Source: Octopus bimaculoides
Lineage: Eukaryota
Length of the DNA stretch: 64,000 nucleotides
Direction: 5' to 3'
NCBI RefSeq assembly: GCF_001194135.2
Contig: NC_068982.1
Span: forward strand, 78,648,639-78,712,638
A program made the translations under genes and the position numbers. Under the pieces are notes generated by a model that saw only the letters and a program-made list of their open reading frames with translations, had not been told where the DNA came from and did not search any database. This document shows positions 36,112 through 47,030 of this stretch, one piece after another. Every line of letters starts with the position of its first letter. The first letter of the stretch is position 1.

Positions 36112-36330
36112 GTAGGTGGTGACTTGGCAGAGTCATTAAAGTTCTCAGTGGGATGCATTGTACTGCTTGCTCTCTGAGTTTAAATCCAATCTTAGTCAAC
36201 TTTGCCTTTCATCCTTTTGCGGGTTCAATAAAAAGAAATGTACCAGTCCACAGTGGTGGATTGGTGGAACTTTTAGAGGCAAGACAGGAGTGCCTGCGAT
36301 GTCACTGGTGTTCAGTCTTATTGGTCCAAG
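36112..36330 (+). mobile_element. Nin/Deu-like SINE
   Basis: GGTGGTGACTTGGCAGAGTC...GAGTTTAAATCC...GTCAACTTTGCCTTTCATCCTTTTGCGGG. Confidence 0.75.
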
Positions 36331-36437
36331 TAAGCAGCCTTTCCTTTGGATAAACATTAGTGGCATGGAAAGGGGAGACTTGCATGGATGGGTAACTGTT
36401 ATGCTTCCTTAAATAATTTGGCCCAAGTCTGCACATA

Positions 36438-37709
36438 CAGGGGTTGGACAAAATAATGGAAACACCTTAAAATAACCAACAAATTTATTTTAATATGGAG
36501 TAGCACCACCTTTGGCACTAATTACAGCTTGGATTCCATGAGGTATGGACTTGTACAAAGTTTGAATTGATTCCGAAGGAATTTTTGTCCATTCTTCAGC
36601 TAAAACAGTCTCCAGTTCTTGTAGTGATGATGATGGAGGATATTGACTCGTTACTTGTTTTTCTAAAACACACCATAAATGTTCAATAATATTGAAATCT
36701 GGGGACTGTGTTGGCCAGATAAGATGTTCAGCTTCACTAGAATGTTCCTCGTGCCATTCAGTAACAACTTTAGCTGCGTGAATTGGTGCATTATCATCCT
36801 GAGAGATTGTGTTTCCCCCCAGAAACAGTTCCATAACTATAGAATGAATTTGATCAGATAAAATGCTTCAATAGTCTTGACTGTTAATTCTGCCATGAAA
36901 GGAAACCATTGGGCCGGCAGATTTCCAAGATACAGCCCCACCAGATCATCATGGATACTCCTCCATGTTTAACAGTTGGAAGAAGGCAGTCTGAGTCAAA
37001 TGCTTCTTTTGGCTGTCTCCACACGTATACTCAGCCGTTGGTCGAAAATTAGGTGAAGGATGACTTGTCTGAGAAAATAACATTCTTCCACTGTTCTAGG
37101 GACCATTTCTGTAGGTTTTTACTCCACTCTAAATGCTTTGCAGCGTTTGTTTTTGAAAGTAGTGGTTTTCTGATTGCATCCCTCCTGTGAAATCTGGCTT
37201 TGTGCAGCTTCCAGCAAACAGTTTGTGTGGAAACAGGGTTCTTGAGGTGGTCATTAAGTTCTTCAGTAATTTTAGGAGCTGTACTTTTGTGATCCTTTCT
37301 AACAATTCATGTAAGAGTCCGACGGTCTCTTTCTGAAAATTTTGGTTTTCTTCCGGAGTTTTGTTTTAATGAGGAGGTTTTTCCCTCTTTCTCAAAGGCT
37401 GTCATTACTTTTGAGACAGTACTTCTTGACACACCAAACATTTTGGCTGTTTTCGTTACGCTAGCTCCTGCCATACGAGCACCAACAATTGATCTCTTTG
37501 AAGTCCGATAGATCTGTCATTTTAATGACTTTTAAATATCTTTTCCTGATGATATCTGAAAAGAAACAGCAATTTTAGCAAAACATATTAAGCAACACTA
37601 ATAATAAATCAAAAAACATAAAAATAAACAAGCTTTTGATAGTTTTATAGATATTTCAAAATTATGATGCTATGATGCTAGGTGTTTCCATTATTTTGTC
37701 CAACCACTG
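36438..37709 (-). mobile_element. Full-length Tc1-family transposon, DD36E (Incomer-like); transposase pseudogene 37520-36490
   Basis: 30-bp TIRs CAG(G/T)GGTTGGACAAAATAATGGAAACACCT with TA at 36436-36437 and 37710-37711. Transposase MTDLSDF...GRKPKFSERDRR...IFSDKSSF...QDDNAPIH...SPDFNIIEHLW...GGATPY; 36 residues between the second D and E; frameshifts and stops present. Confidence 0.93.
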
Positions 37710-38334
37710 TATGTATGTTCAAGATTGGTAGATGGAGTCCCTACATACAGGTTACATTATATTTTTCTAAGTTGTTTTTGAGGTTAATCTTTTTTTAAAA
37801 AGAAAAAAAAAACCCAAAATATTTATAGTAAATATTGTCATTATTTCATATTGTCTCTGACTTTAATTTTGAAATGAAAAAGAAAAAAAAAATTCAAATT
37901 CATTGAAGAGGAATTAGATTCTTTAAAAACATTTTTTTAGGACTGTTCAAAAGAATTTAATTAGGAGAAAGTGTTAAGGTTTGTTTTTGAAGTATACGTT
38001 ATTAAGCTTTTTAAACTTCAAGCAACATCGTATGCTAACTAAAAACTGTGTTACTATTCTGTGAAGTGGCAAAAAAATCTTAATGCATCATAAGCTATAA
38101 GAATTTAATACATTACATAAGGCTGCATTTAAGGTCATGTGTACAAATTATTTATGGTCAAGCTATTTTAGTCATAGTTTTAGCTTACATTATGTAGCTC
38201 TGGAAAATTGCAAAACGCTGTTTAAATGGTTTTTTAAGATGAGCTGTAAATTTCCTTTTATGCTGCTAGTTTTAGTAACTCTGAATGTACTGTTAAACAA
38301 CAGATAAGAATCTGCATTTTCTTTTTATTTATTT

Positions 38335-38509
38335 CTGCGGCCATGCTGGAGCACTGCCTTTAGTCGAGCAAATCGACCTCAGGACTTATTTTTTGTAAGC
38401 CTAGTACTTATTCTATCAGTCTGTTTTGTCGAAGCGCTAAGTTACGGGGATGTAAACACACCAGCATCAGTTGTCAAGTGATGTGGGGACAAACACACAC
38501 AGACATATT

Positions 38510-38510
<1 letters not shown>
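38335..38510 (-). mobile_element. 3' part of a tRNA-derived SINE (same family as 43525-43915)
   Basis: GCGGCCATGCTGGAGCACTGCC...CTAGTACTTATTCTATCAGTC...GTTGTCAAG. Confidence 0.8.
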
Positions 38511-38550
<40 letters not shown>

Positions 38551-39081
38551 GTGTGTGTTTTCAACTTGATCTGTCTTTGTGCTGGTTTGGCTTAACATTT
38601 GNNNNNNNNNNNNNNNNNNNNNNNNNNNNNNNNNNNNNNNNNNNNNNNNNNNNNNNNNNNNNNNNNNNNNNNNNNNNNNNNNNNNNNNNNNNNNNNNNNN
38701 NNNNNNNNNNNNNNNNNNNNNNNNNNNNNNNNNNNNNNNNNNNNNNNNNNNNNNNNNNNNNNNNNNNNNNNNNNNNNNNNNNNNNNNNNNNNNNNNNNNN
38801 NNNNNNNNNNNNNNNNNNNNNNNNNNNNNNNNNNNNNNNNNNNNNNNNNNNNNNNNNNNNNNNNNNNNNNNNNNNNNNNNNNNNNNNNNNNNNNNNNNNN
38901 NNNNNNNNNNNNNNNNNNNNNNNNNNNNNNNNNNNNNNNNNNNNNNNNNNNNNNNNNNNNNNNNNNNNNNNNNNNNNNNNNNNNNNNNNNNNNNNNNNNN
39001 NNNNNNNNNNNNNNNNNNNNNNNNNNNNNNNNNNNNNNNNNNNNNNNNNNNNNNNNNNNNNNNNNNNNNNNNNNNNTATAT

Positions 39082-39133
<52 letters not shown>

Positions 39134-39861
39134 TTTCAACTTGATCTGTCTTTGTGCTGGTTTGGCTTAACATTTGACTTGTATTTATTTTCACCCTCCA
39201 AGCATTAACCCTAGTTTTTTCCCTAAGACATCAACATATGTGTATTTAGGTGTCTGTCTTTACACTGATACCGTTTGAAAAGCTATGTTCTTTGTTTATG
39301 TTCGGTAACTTAGCAATGGAATTCAATATTGAATTCGTGTTAAGAACTAAAATAAAAATAAAAATGAAACAATAGAATTATCAATTCCAAAGCACAGTTT
39401 TTGTTTTCTTATCTTAATAATAATAATAATTATATATATTTTAAATCGTATATTGTTGGCTTATAAACAATATTTTGACTGGCTGTAGCTTACCCTGTAA
39501 TCTGCATTTCTGCTTGTTTTTTTTTCTTCTTCATCATTTCACTTTAACTATTCTGATATAACCTGCATGCCATAGTAACACTTATATATGTAAGTATTCA
39601 TATATGGATACACGCACAGATAGATATACTGTATTACAAAAATTCTTTTCCAAAGAAAAAACAACACTGAAATACAAAATGATGTATATATAAACATTAT
39701 GGCATTATGAAAAAAGTTTACTGTTTCAAATTAAACTACCTGTCATGGAGAAGTAGAATATATGTCTTCTTGAACAGAAGTAGAAATAGAAAATCAGGAG
39801 CCTCAGGTATAATCCATCTTTCAGCTTACATCCATAGACAGATATCATTCAGATGGTTCGT

Positions 39862-40175
39862 TGTTTGTTGGTACTCTGTCGCTTACAACGTTGAGGGTTG
39901 CAGTTGATCCGATCAACGGAACAGCCTGCTCGTGAAATTAACATGCAAGTGGCTGAACACTCCACAGACACGTGTACCCTTAACGTAGTTCTCGGGGAAA
40001 TTCAGCATGACACAGTGTGACAAGGCTGACCCTTTGAATTACAGGCACAACAGAAACAGGAAGTAAGAGTGAGTGAAAGTTGTGGTGAAAGAGTACAGCA
40101 GGGTTCGCCACCATCCCCTGCCGGAGCCTCGTGGAGCTTTAGGTGTTTTCGCTCAATAAACACTTACAACGCTCG
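39862..40175 (-). mobile_element. tRNA-derived SINE, family B, head truncated or rearranged
   Basis: Closely similar to 2311-2612 through GCTCAATAAACACTTACAAC. Confidence 0.9.
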
Positions 40176-41189
40176 GTTTCGATTCCCCCCCGGTTTCAAT
40201 TCCCCCCATTCCCCCTAATTTATAGAAATGCTATAAATTACCGAGCAAAAACAATACTCTACAACCTACAATTTTACCCAAGCAATGATTACTGCTAACC
40301 TCAATCAACTGTAACTGTACAAACACCAGTACAATTCCTTTTCAAGATAACTACCAAGTAAAAGGAAAAGTATAGACGTATTAACTCTATTCTTCCTCTT
40401 GCTCATACATTGGCTAATGTGTTAATTCCTTAGAAATTGGAGAGAGAGATAGAGGCTTTCATTTACACCGGTATTCATTCCAGAGTTCAGATAGAAATAT
40501 GACAATTTAATTTCTCTATGGTCACATAATCTTATCCTTAAGGGCATTGAGTGACTGTACAATATTTCCTGGATTACTCTATTACTTCATCATATGCAAA
40601 TAGTAATCCCTTCCAACTTAGCTTACATGAGGCCTATAAGATTCTCTTCTCTCAACTTAATTTATTTAACAATCATTCTAAACTTGGTTTTTCTTGCTGA
40701 CATAAGACTTTCAGGACCCTGAAATATTTTAAGTATATCCTCCTCTCTTTCCCACCATCTGTGTGTATTCTCTACATCCACCAACCATACCATCACCATT
40801 TACCATTGATTTCTCTACTCCTTCCTTGTTCTATTTAGAAAGTCATTAAGATTGTCATACATATACACAATTTCTTTAGTTAATTTCATTTATCTTTCCA
40901 ATATCTTGTTGACACATGTTTTTCTTTTAATCTCCATTTCCCCCACATTTGTTTATATATGTTTGCAAGTTAGTGTATTTGTATTGATAACATTTTGTCT
41001 ATGAAAGCTTGATTACGTATTTGTATATAAATAAGTTCATCTATATATATATTGTCTGCTTGTGTATATATAATGTTGAGAGTGTATATAAATGTATAAG
41101 TATATATTTGCAGATCCATGCCTTTGTATTTAAATGAACTCTTGCAAACACTCTTGCCTATATTTTCTTGTGCTCTTACGTATATTTAT

Positions 41190-41900
41190 ATACACTTGTA
41201 TTGGCTTGGATATGCTTTCACAATGATATTTTTCGTATTGTATGGATCTCTTTTATGGCTTTCTGTGTTGCTGCCAGTTGCTCTTCTCCCTTCATAGTTG
41301 CCCATGTCCCACTTGTGTATAAGAGTACAAGTAGTATGGTGCTATTAAAGAGTTAGGCTTGCAGGATTTTATCCAGCTGTTGCTTTGAGCTCATCTTTGA
41401 AGCAAATAACTTCTATCCTGCTCTTACTCTGTATGAGATTTTGGTGTTCATGTCTTGGCATATATTTACTGTCTCCAAGTAGATGTACTCCTTCACGCCT
41501 TGGATTTCATTGCTTCTTATCACTATTTTGTTTTGTGCTACAGTTTTGGATTGTATGTATTTTGTTTCCATATACACTATATTGAGTTCTACTACTGAAC
41601 TCAGGGTGTCCAGCTCTGCAGCTGATCCATTTCTGCAATGAGCACAATATCATCAGTGAATCAGAAATGTGTTAGTAGCTTGCTGGTAATACTGATGCCA
41701 CTTTTCTACTTAATGTCTCTCATGATCATTTCAAGTATGCAGTGATGAGCTTTGGAAAGAATGTATCTCCTAGTTTGATTCCCTTCTTGACAAAAAATTT
41801 TATAGGTGACAACAGAGCTATATTGGTGGTAGACACTGATGTCTGTTGCCCTTTGATCTTACAGTTGGCATCATCCTTTTATATGTTTATACCTGCTAAT
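41190..41900 (-). mobile_element. RTE-1-like LINE RT remnant
   Basis: Minus strand GIKLGDTFFPKLITA...LLTHF*FTDDIVLIAE...VKEYIYL...RVRAG...LFNSTIL..LLYTSGTW. Confidence 0.75.
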
Positions 41901-42199
41901 ACACCCATTTGTGAATCTGTTTGGAGCATGTATCTACAAATGTATTTCTCCATATATAAGTAGAAGTATAAATGTATCTCCTTCACTCATACAGCTATAT
42001 ATAGAGAGAGAGTTGAGTAAAATTTGGGTGAAATCTTTGTATGTTGTGCAAAGCTCATCCACAGTTAATGGGAAAACTTATGTCACTGGATTTACATCTG
42101 GAATTGCATAGTATCTGTAGAGTTTATATAAAGAGATGAATAAGTGAAAATAGATTGAATGACATTCTTTAGTTCATGTCACTTAAATTGTATCTGCAC

Positions 42200-42421
42200 T
42201 ATATCAACTCACCAATGTGAGTTGATATAATTAACATATTGTGTAATCTACTATCATCCATCAAAGGTGTAAAATGTCATTATGTAGAGCAAATGTAGAC
42301 TGAGATACAGGGGTCCTAGATAGACAAGCAGAATTTTGCTTTTATTTATTATGGATAATCACTTGAAAAAAAAAACACATTCTACACACTTGATGGATGA
42401 TAGTGATTATGAAATATGTTA
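42200..42421. repeat. Older fold-back repeat with a perfect 13-bp hairpin
   Basis: TATATCAACTCAC-CAAT-GTGAGTTGATATA (42200-42229); inverted arms ~42232-42277 and ~42377-42421. Confidence 0.7.
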
Positions 42422-43524
42422 TATCATCTTACCAAGGTACAGTGGGTTTCATGCTGCATGCAAACAATTTTAGTGGTATGGGACAAGGAGTGTTGTTCAG
42501 TATATTTCCACTTATTCGTCTCTTTATACACACACACNNNNNNNNNNNNNNNNNNNNNNNNNNNNNNNNNNNNNNNNNNNNNNNNNNNNNNNNNNNNNNN
42601 NNNNNNNNNNNNNNNNNNNNNNNNNNNNNNNNNNNNNNNNNNNNNNNNNNNNNNNNNNNNNNNNNNNNNNNNNNNNNNNNNNNNNNNNNNNNNNNNNNNN
42701 NNNNNNNNNNNNNNNNNNNNNNNNNNNNNNNNNNNNNNNNNNNNNNNNNNNNNNNNNNNNNNNNNNNNNNNNNNNNNNNNNNNNNNNNNNNNNNNNNNNN
42801 NNNNNNNNNNNNNNNNNNNNNNNNNNNNNNNNNNNNNNNNNNNNNNNNNNNNNNNNNNNNNNNNNNNNNNNNNNNNNNNNNNNNNNNNNNNNNNNNNNNN
42901 NNNNNNNNNNNNNNNNNNNNNNNNNNNNNNNNNNNNNNNNNNNNNNNNNNNNNNNNNNNNNNNNCACACACACACACACTATGCCTGATCTTTTTTTTTG
43001 TGAGTAACACTTTAGCACTTGAAGCTATTTAATTTATTCCAATTTATAAAACTTTTATTTTCTAAATCGTTTGACACAAGCTTGAGTTCTGTTTATTCTT
43101 TGTATTTGTCTCAATGCTTAATGAATTAGTTTTCTAAATTATTCAATAGAGTTTCTACTCTCTTGCTGTAACAGCATCTCTCATTAGTTGTTCTGCTTAT
43201 CTTTTGTAATCTGAAAGTTCATTCTAAATGCTTAACTGATCTTATCTTACGTGTAATAAAATGCAGTGTGTTTCACATCAGTTATGCTGGACAACAAATG
43301 GAGTGTGAGTGACGGTTATAGTGCAGGTGTAATGAGATGTTTTGCTCTTGAGTCATCAGTATTTTAATCAAAATGAACTTAAATTTTTGTCAGATTATTG
43401 CAAGTTTATTTTATTAATTTCACACACACACATACATTTATAAATATATATGAAATTGATTATTAAACTCCTTTGTTTTAAAGTACTATCACTGTTGTAA
43501 AATTTATAAATTCATGTATATGTC

Positions 43525-43915
43525 TATAGGCACTAGTGTGGCTGTGTGGTAAGAAGCTTGCTTCCCAACCACATGGTTCCAGGTTCAAACCCACTGCGTG
43601 ACACCTTGGGCAAGTGTCTTCTATTATAGCCTTGGGCTAACCAAAACCTTGTGAGTGGATTTTGTAGATGGGAACTGAAAGAAGCCTGTTATATATATAT
43701 ATATATATATCTTTCTGTCTGACGCCCCACCATTGCTTGACAACCAATGTTGGTGTATTTAAGTCCCCAAAACTTAACGATTTGACAAAAGAGACTGATA
43801 GAATAAGTACTAGACTTACAAAGAATAATTCCTGGGCCGATTTCTGTGACTCTAGGCAGTGCTCCAGCATGGCTGCAGTCAAATGACTGAAACAAGTAAA
43901 AGAATGAAAGAATAT
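43525..43915 (+). mobile_element. Full-length tRNA-derived SINE (family C head, GATAGAATAAGTAC body, GAAA/GAAT tail)
   Basis: GTGTGGCTGTGTGGTAAGAAG (A box), GGTTCAAACCC (B box), CCTTGGGCAAGTGTCTTC, ending CAAGTAAAAGAATGAAAGAAT. Confidence 0.85.
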
Positions 43916-44074
43916 ATATATTCTTTCAATTTTTTTTTATTCTAGTCCATTTTTCTATGCTTGCCTTTCTGAAACTAATGCTTCTTCCTTTTTCCAAGTA
44001 AAGTTTAATACATTCTCACACACACGTATTTGTATGCACATGGATAAATTTATATATAAATATGTGTGTCTATA

Positions 44075-44415
44075 TATGCTTGTGGTCAGAAGTTTGTTTC
44101 CCTACCACATGGTTGTGAGTTCAGTTCCACTGCGTAACACCTTATGTATGTGTAGTCTACTATAGTCCCTTGGCTACCAAAACCTTGTGAGTGGATTTGG
44201 TGGACAGAAAGTGAAAGAAGCCTGTTGTATGTATGTATGTGTGTGTATTTCTGTATTTGTCCACTTGACAACCAGTTTGGTTTGTTTATATCCCTATAAC
44301 TAAGTGGTTCAGCAAAAAGAAACTGCTAGAATAGGTGCCAGGCTGAAAGAATAAGTGGGGTCTTCAAGGCTATGTCCCAGCATGGCCACAGTCTCGTGAT
44401 TGAAGCAAGTAAAAA
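44075..44415 (+). mobile_element. Second, more decayed copy of the same SINE in tandem
   Basis: GAGTTCAGTTCCACTGCGTAACACC...CTAGAATAGGTGCC...CCCAGCATGGCCACAGTC. Confidence 0.7.
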
Positions 44416-44429
44416 CCCAGGAAGACATG

Positions 44430-44690
44430 GAGTGAAGCGATGAAGTGATGACAAATGATTGTAACCTTTGACAATTTGCTGTGCTTGAGTTGACTTGTCA
44501 AATCAAGTGAAATCATAGTTGTAGCCAGTGCTAGTGACATATAACAGCACCCATGCCAGTGACCTGTAAAAGTGCCCATGCTAGTGATGTGTAAAAGCAC
44601 CCACTATACTCTTGGAGTAGTTGGCATTTGGAAGGGCATCCAGTCATGGAAATCAAGCCAAAGTCAGACTGGATCCTGGTGCAGCTCTTT
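44430..44690 (+). mobile_element. RTE-tail repeat (family A)
   Basis: CACTATACTCTTGGAGTAGTTGGCATTTGGAAGGGCATCC...CTGGATCCTGGTGCAGC. Confidence 0.75.
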
Positions 44691-45910
44691 GCTGGCATGG
44701 GTTGGATTGTTTGACTGAGGACTGGCAAGCCAGAAGGCGGCACCAGGATCCAATCTGATTTGACAAGGTGCCATTCCTAACGCCAACCACTGTAGTGGAT
44801 GCTTTTGTATGTCACCGACACGGAAGCCAGTCAGGCGGCACTGGCATCAGCCACGACTATGATTTCACTCAGTTCAACAGGTCTTCACAAGCATAGCATA
44901 TTGCCTGACAACTGAAGAATGCTTTTAAATGGGCCAGCTATGCGATACTGGCATTGACCATGATCTCACTTGGCTTGATCTCACTTGGCTTGCTGAGTCT
45001 TCTCAAGCACAGCATACATATCTCCAAAGGTCTTGGTCACTTGTCATGGCCTCTGTGAGGCCCAACATTCAGAAGTCATACTTCACTACCTCATTCCATG
45101 TCTTCCTGGTTCTACCTCTTCCACAGGTTCCTGCCACTATTAGGGTGTGACACTTCTTCACATAGCTGTCCTTATCCATATGCAACACATGACCATACCA
45201 GTGCAGTTGTCTCTCTTGCATGCCACATCTAATGCTTCTTATGTCCAACTTTTCTCTTAGGGCACTTACACTCTGTCATGTATGCCCACTGACATTACAC
45301 ATCCAGCAGAGCATACTAGCTTCATTTCTTTCAAGCTTATGCATGTCCTCAGCAATCACTGCTCATGTTTCACTGCCATGTAGCATGGCTGTTCAAACAC
45401 ATGCATCATACAGTCTACCTTTCTTTTTGCGCAAGAGGTCCTTTGTTACCAGTAGTAGTAGGAGCTCTCTGAACTTCGTTCAGGCTATTCTTATTCTAGC
45501 AGCTATGCTCTCAGAGCATCCATCCCTACTACTGACTTGGTCACCTAGGTAATGGAAGCTGTCAATTACTTCTAGTTTTTCTCTCTGGCATGTGATGAAA
45601 TCTGTTTTCTGTACATCTTTGGTGTTTATTGCACCTGTGTATCTGCCACACACAAACTATCTTCCCAATTAACCTTCCTTTGATATTGCTGTACCTCTTA
45701 TCTGTCCATACCTTACACTGGGTACATCTTATGGAGTTTCTACCTATGCCTTTTCTACATATTAAACTGGGCCATCTCCCTGATAAGATTTGTAATTTGT
45801 CTGTCTTCCTACTTACTAACACTTTAGCCTTCCTAGTTACTAAGACTATGGGGATGATAATATTTTTAACTGAGACATTACTACTATATCTGTTCAAGTG
45901 CTTCAATTCT
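44690..45910 (-). mobile_element. 5'-truncated RTE LINE (RT C-terminus running into the family A tail)
   Basis: Minus strand KAKVLVSRKTDKLQILSGRWPSLICRKGIGRNSIRCTQCKVW...; YDACV*TAMLHGSETWA; RGRTRKTWNEVV; then the family A 3' UTR. Confidence 0.88.
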
Positions 45911-46099
45911 GTGTATGCACATATATTTACTCAATTGCTGACATCAGTGGTTTCTCCCATTGTTTTGACGCACCATTTTCTATCATTAATAGAACTGTCA
46001 GCATTTATGCTGACATGTTTATGCTAGTATATATATAATGTCTATGTTTATGGAGATGTTTCCCTTAAGGGTGTGTGTTTGTATGTACCATTTTTAGAG

Positions 46100-47030
46100 C
46101 ACTGAGCAGTCTTTGGTCTCAATGGTAAAGTGGTTGTGGAACATGTTGAGAAATGTGGGTCAAGAGGACACTTTAGTCTTGTCTCATCAAGGACATAGCA
46201 ACCTTTATTAAAATAGATAAAATGCATCTAGTACACTCTGGAAAGTGGTTGATGACATGAAGGGTATTCAACTATAGAAAGCAAGCCCAAAATGAAATAT
46301 ATGAGCATCAGCTTCAAAATATTCAGAGGTTTCCCTTGAAGTAGCTTCTATTACCTAGGTGTAGAGAATGTGTGGAAGGTTGATAAGAAAGATATTCTCT
46401 AGTGGGTGTGTAATGTGAGTGTACATGAACAACAGACCACAAATGAGCTGAGAGCAAATTCGAATATAAGAGGAATCAGATATAATGCACAAAAGAGGTG
46501 ACTGCACCAGTACTGGGCCAATCAAATAGAAGGAACATGGAATTGCATGTATATCTATATATCTGGCTATGCTCCCATATCTGGATTGAAGCATAGATGT
46601 AAGCGTTTTGGATATGTTAGTGCTAGTATATAAATGTATCTCCCTTTTCCTCCTCTCTCTCCATATGTGCGTGCACAATATTTGTTAATGTGTATTTTTG
46701 TTTTTGTGTGAGAGGGTGTATGCATGCACAATAGACCAGTAGGTACTCTTTTGTTCTAACAGTTAAGTGGTCAGTGAATGTGTTGTGTGGGCTTGAGAGG
46801 ACCATTTAGTCTTGTCTCATCAAGGAAATGTCAGCCTCTATTGTTGGTGACACAAAATGCATCAGTTCACTCTGGAAAATGATTGGTGATAGGAAAGGCA
46901 TTCAGTACAATATTTTTGGTTTAGGTTTTTAATAGAAGCCAAGTCAAAATTGAAATGTGTGAGCACCAGCCTGTGAGGGCAGTAGCTACCGATAAGGACT
47001 TGAGCTATGATGATTCATCCAACTCATATC
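46100..47030 (+). repeat. Two old family A-related copies (~46100-46330 and ~46740-47030)
   Basis: Both contain TTTAGTCTTGTCTCATCAAGGA...AAAATGCATC..CACTCTGGAAA. Confidence 0.65.

Noticed and set aside
38551-39176. Identical 51-bp unique sequence on both sides of the gap (38551-38601 and 39126-39176)
   Set aside because: Most likely overlapping contig ends left unmerged, not a real duplication
735-43032. Long ORF-track entries of 160-320 aa (e.g. 735-1448, 4029-4997, 11646-12614, 38478-39095, 42397-43032)
   Set aside because: They are open only because they cross N gaps; no coding evidence
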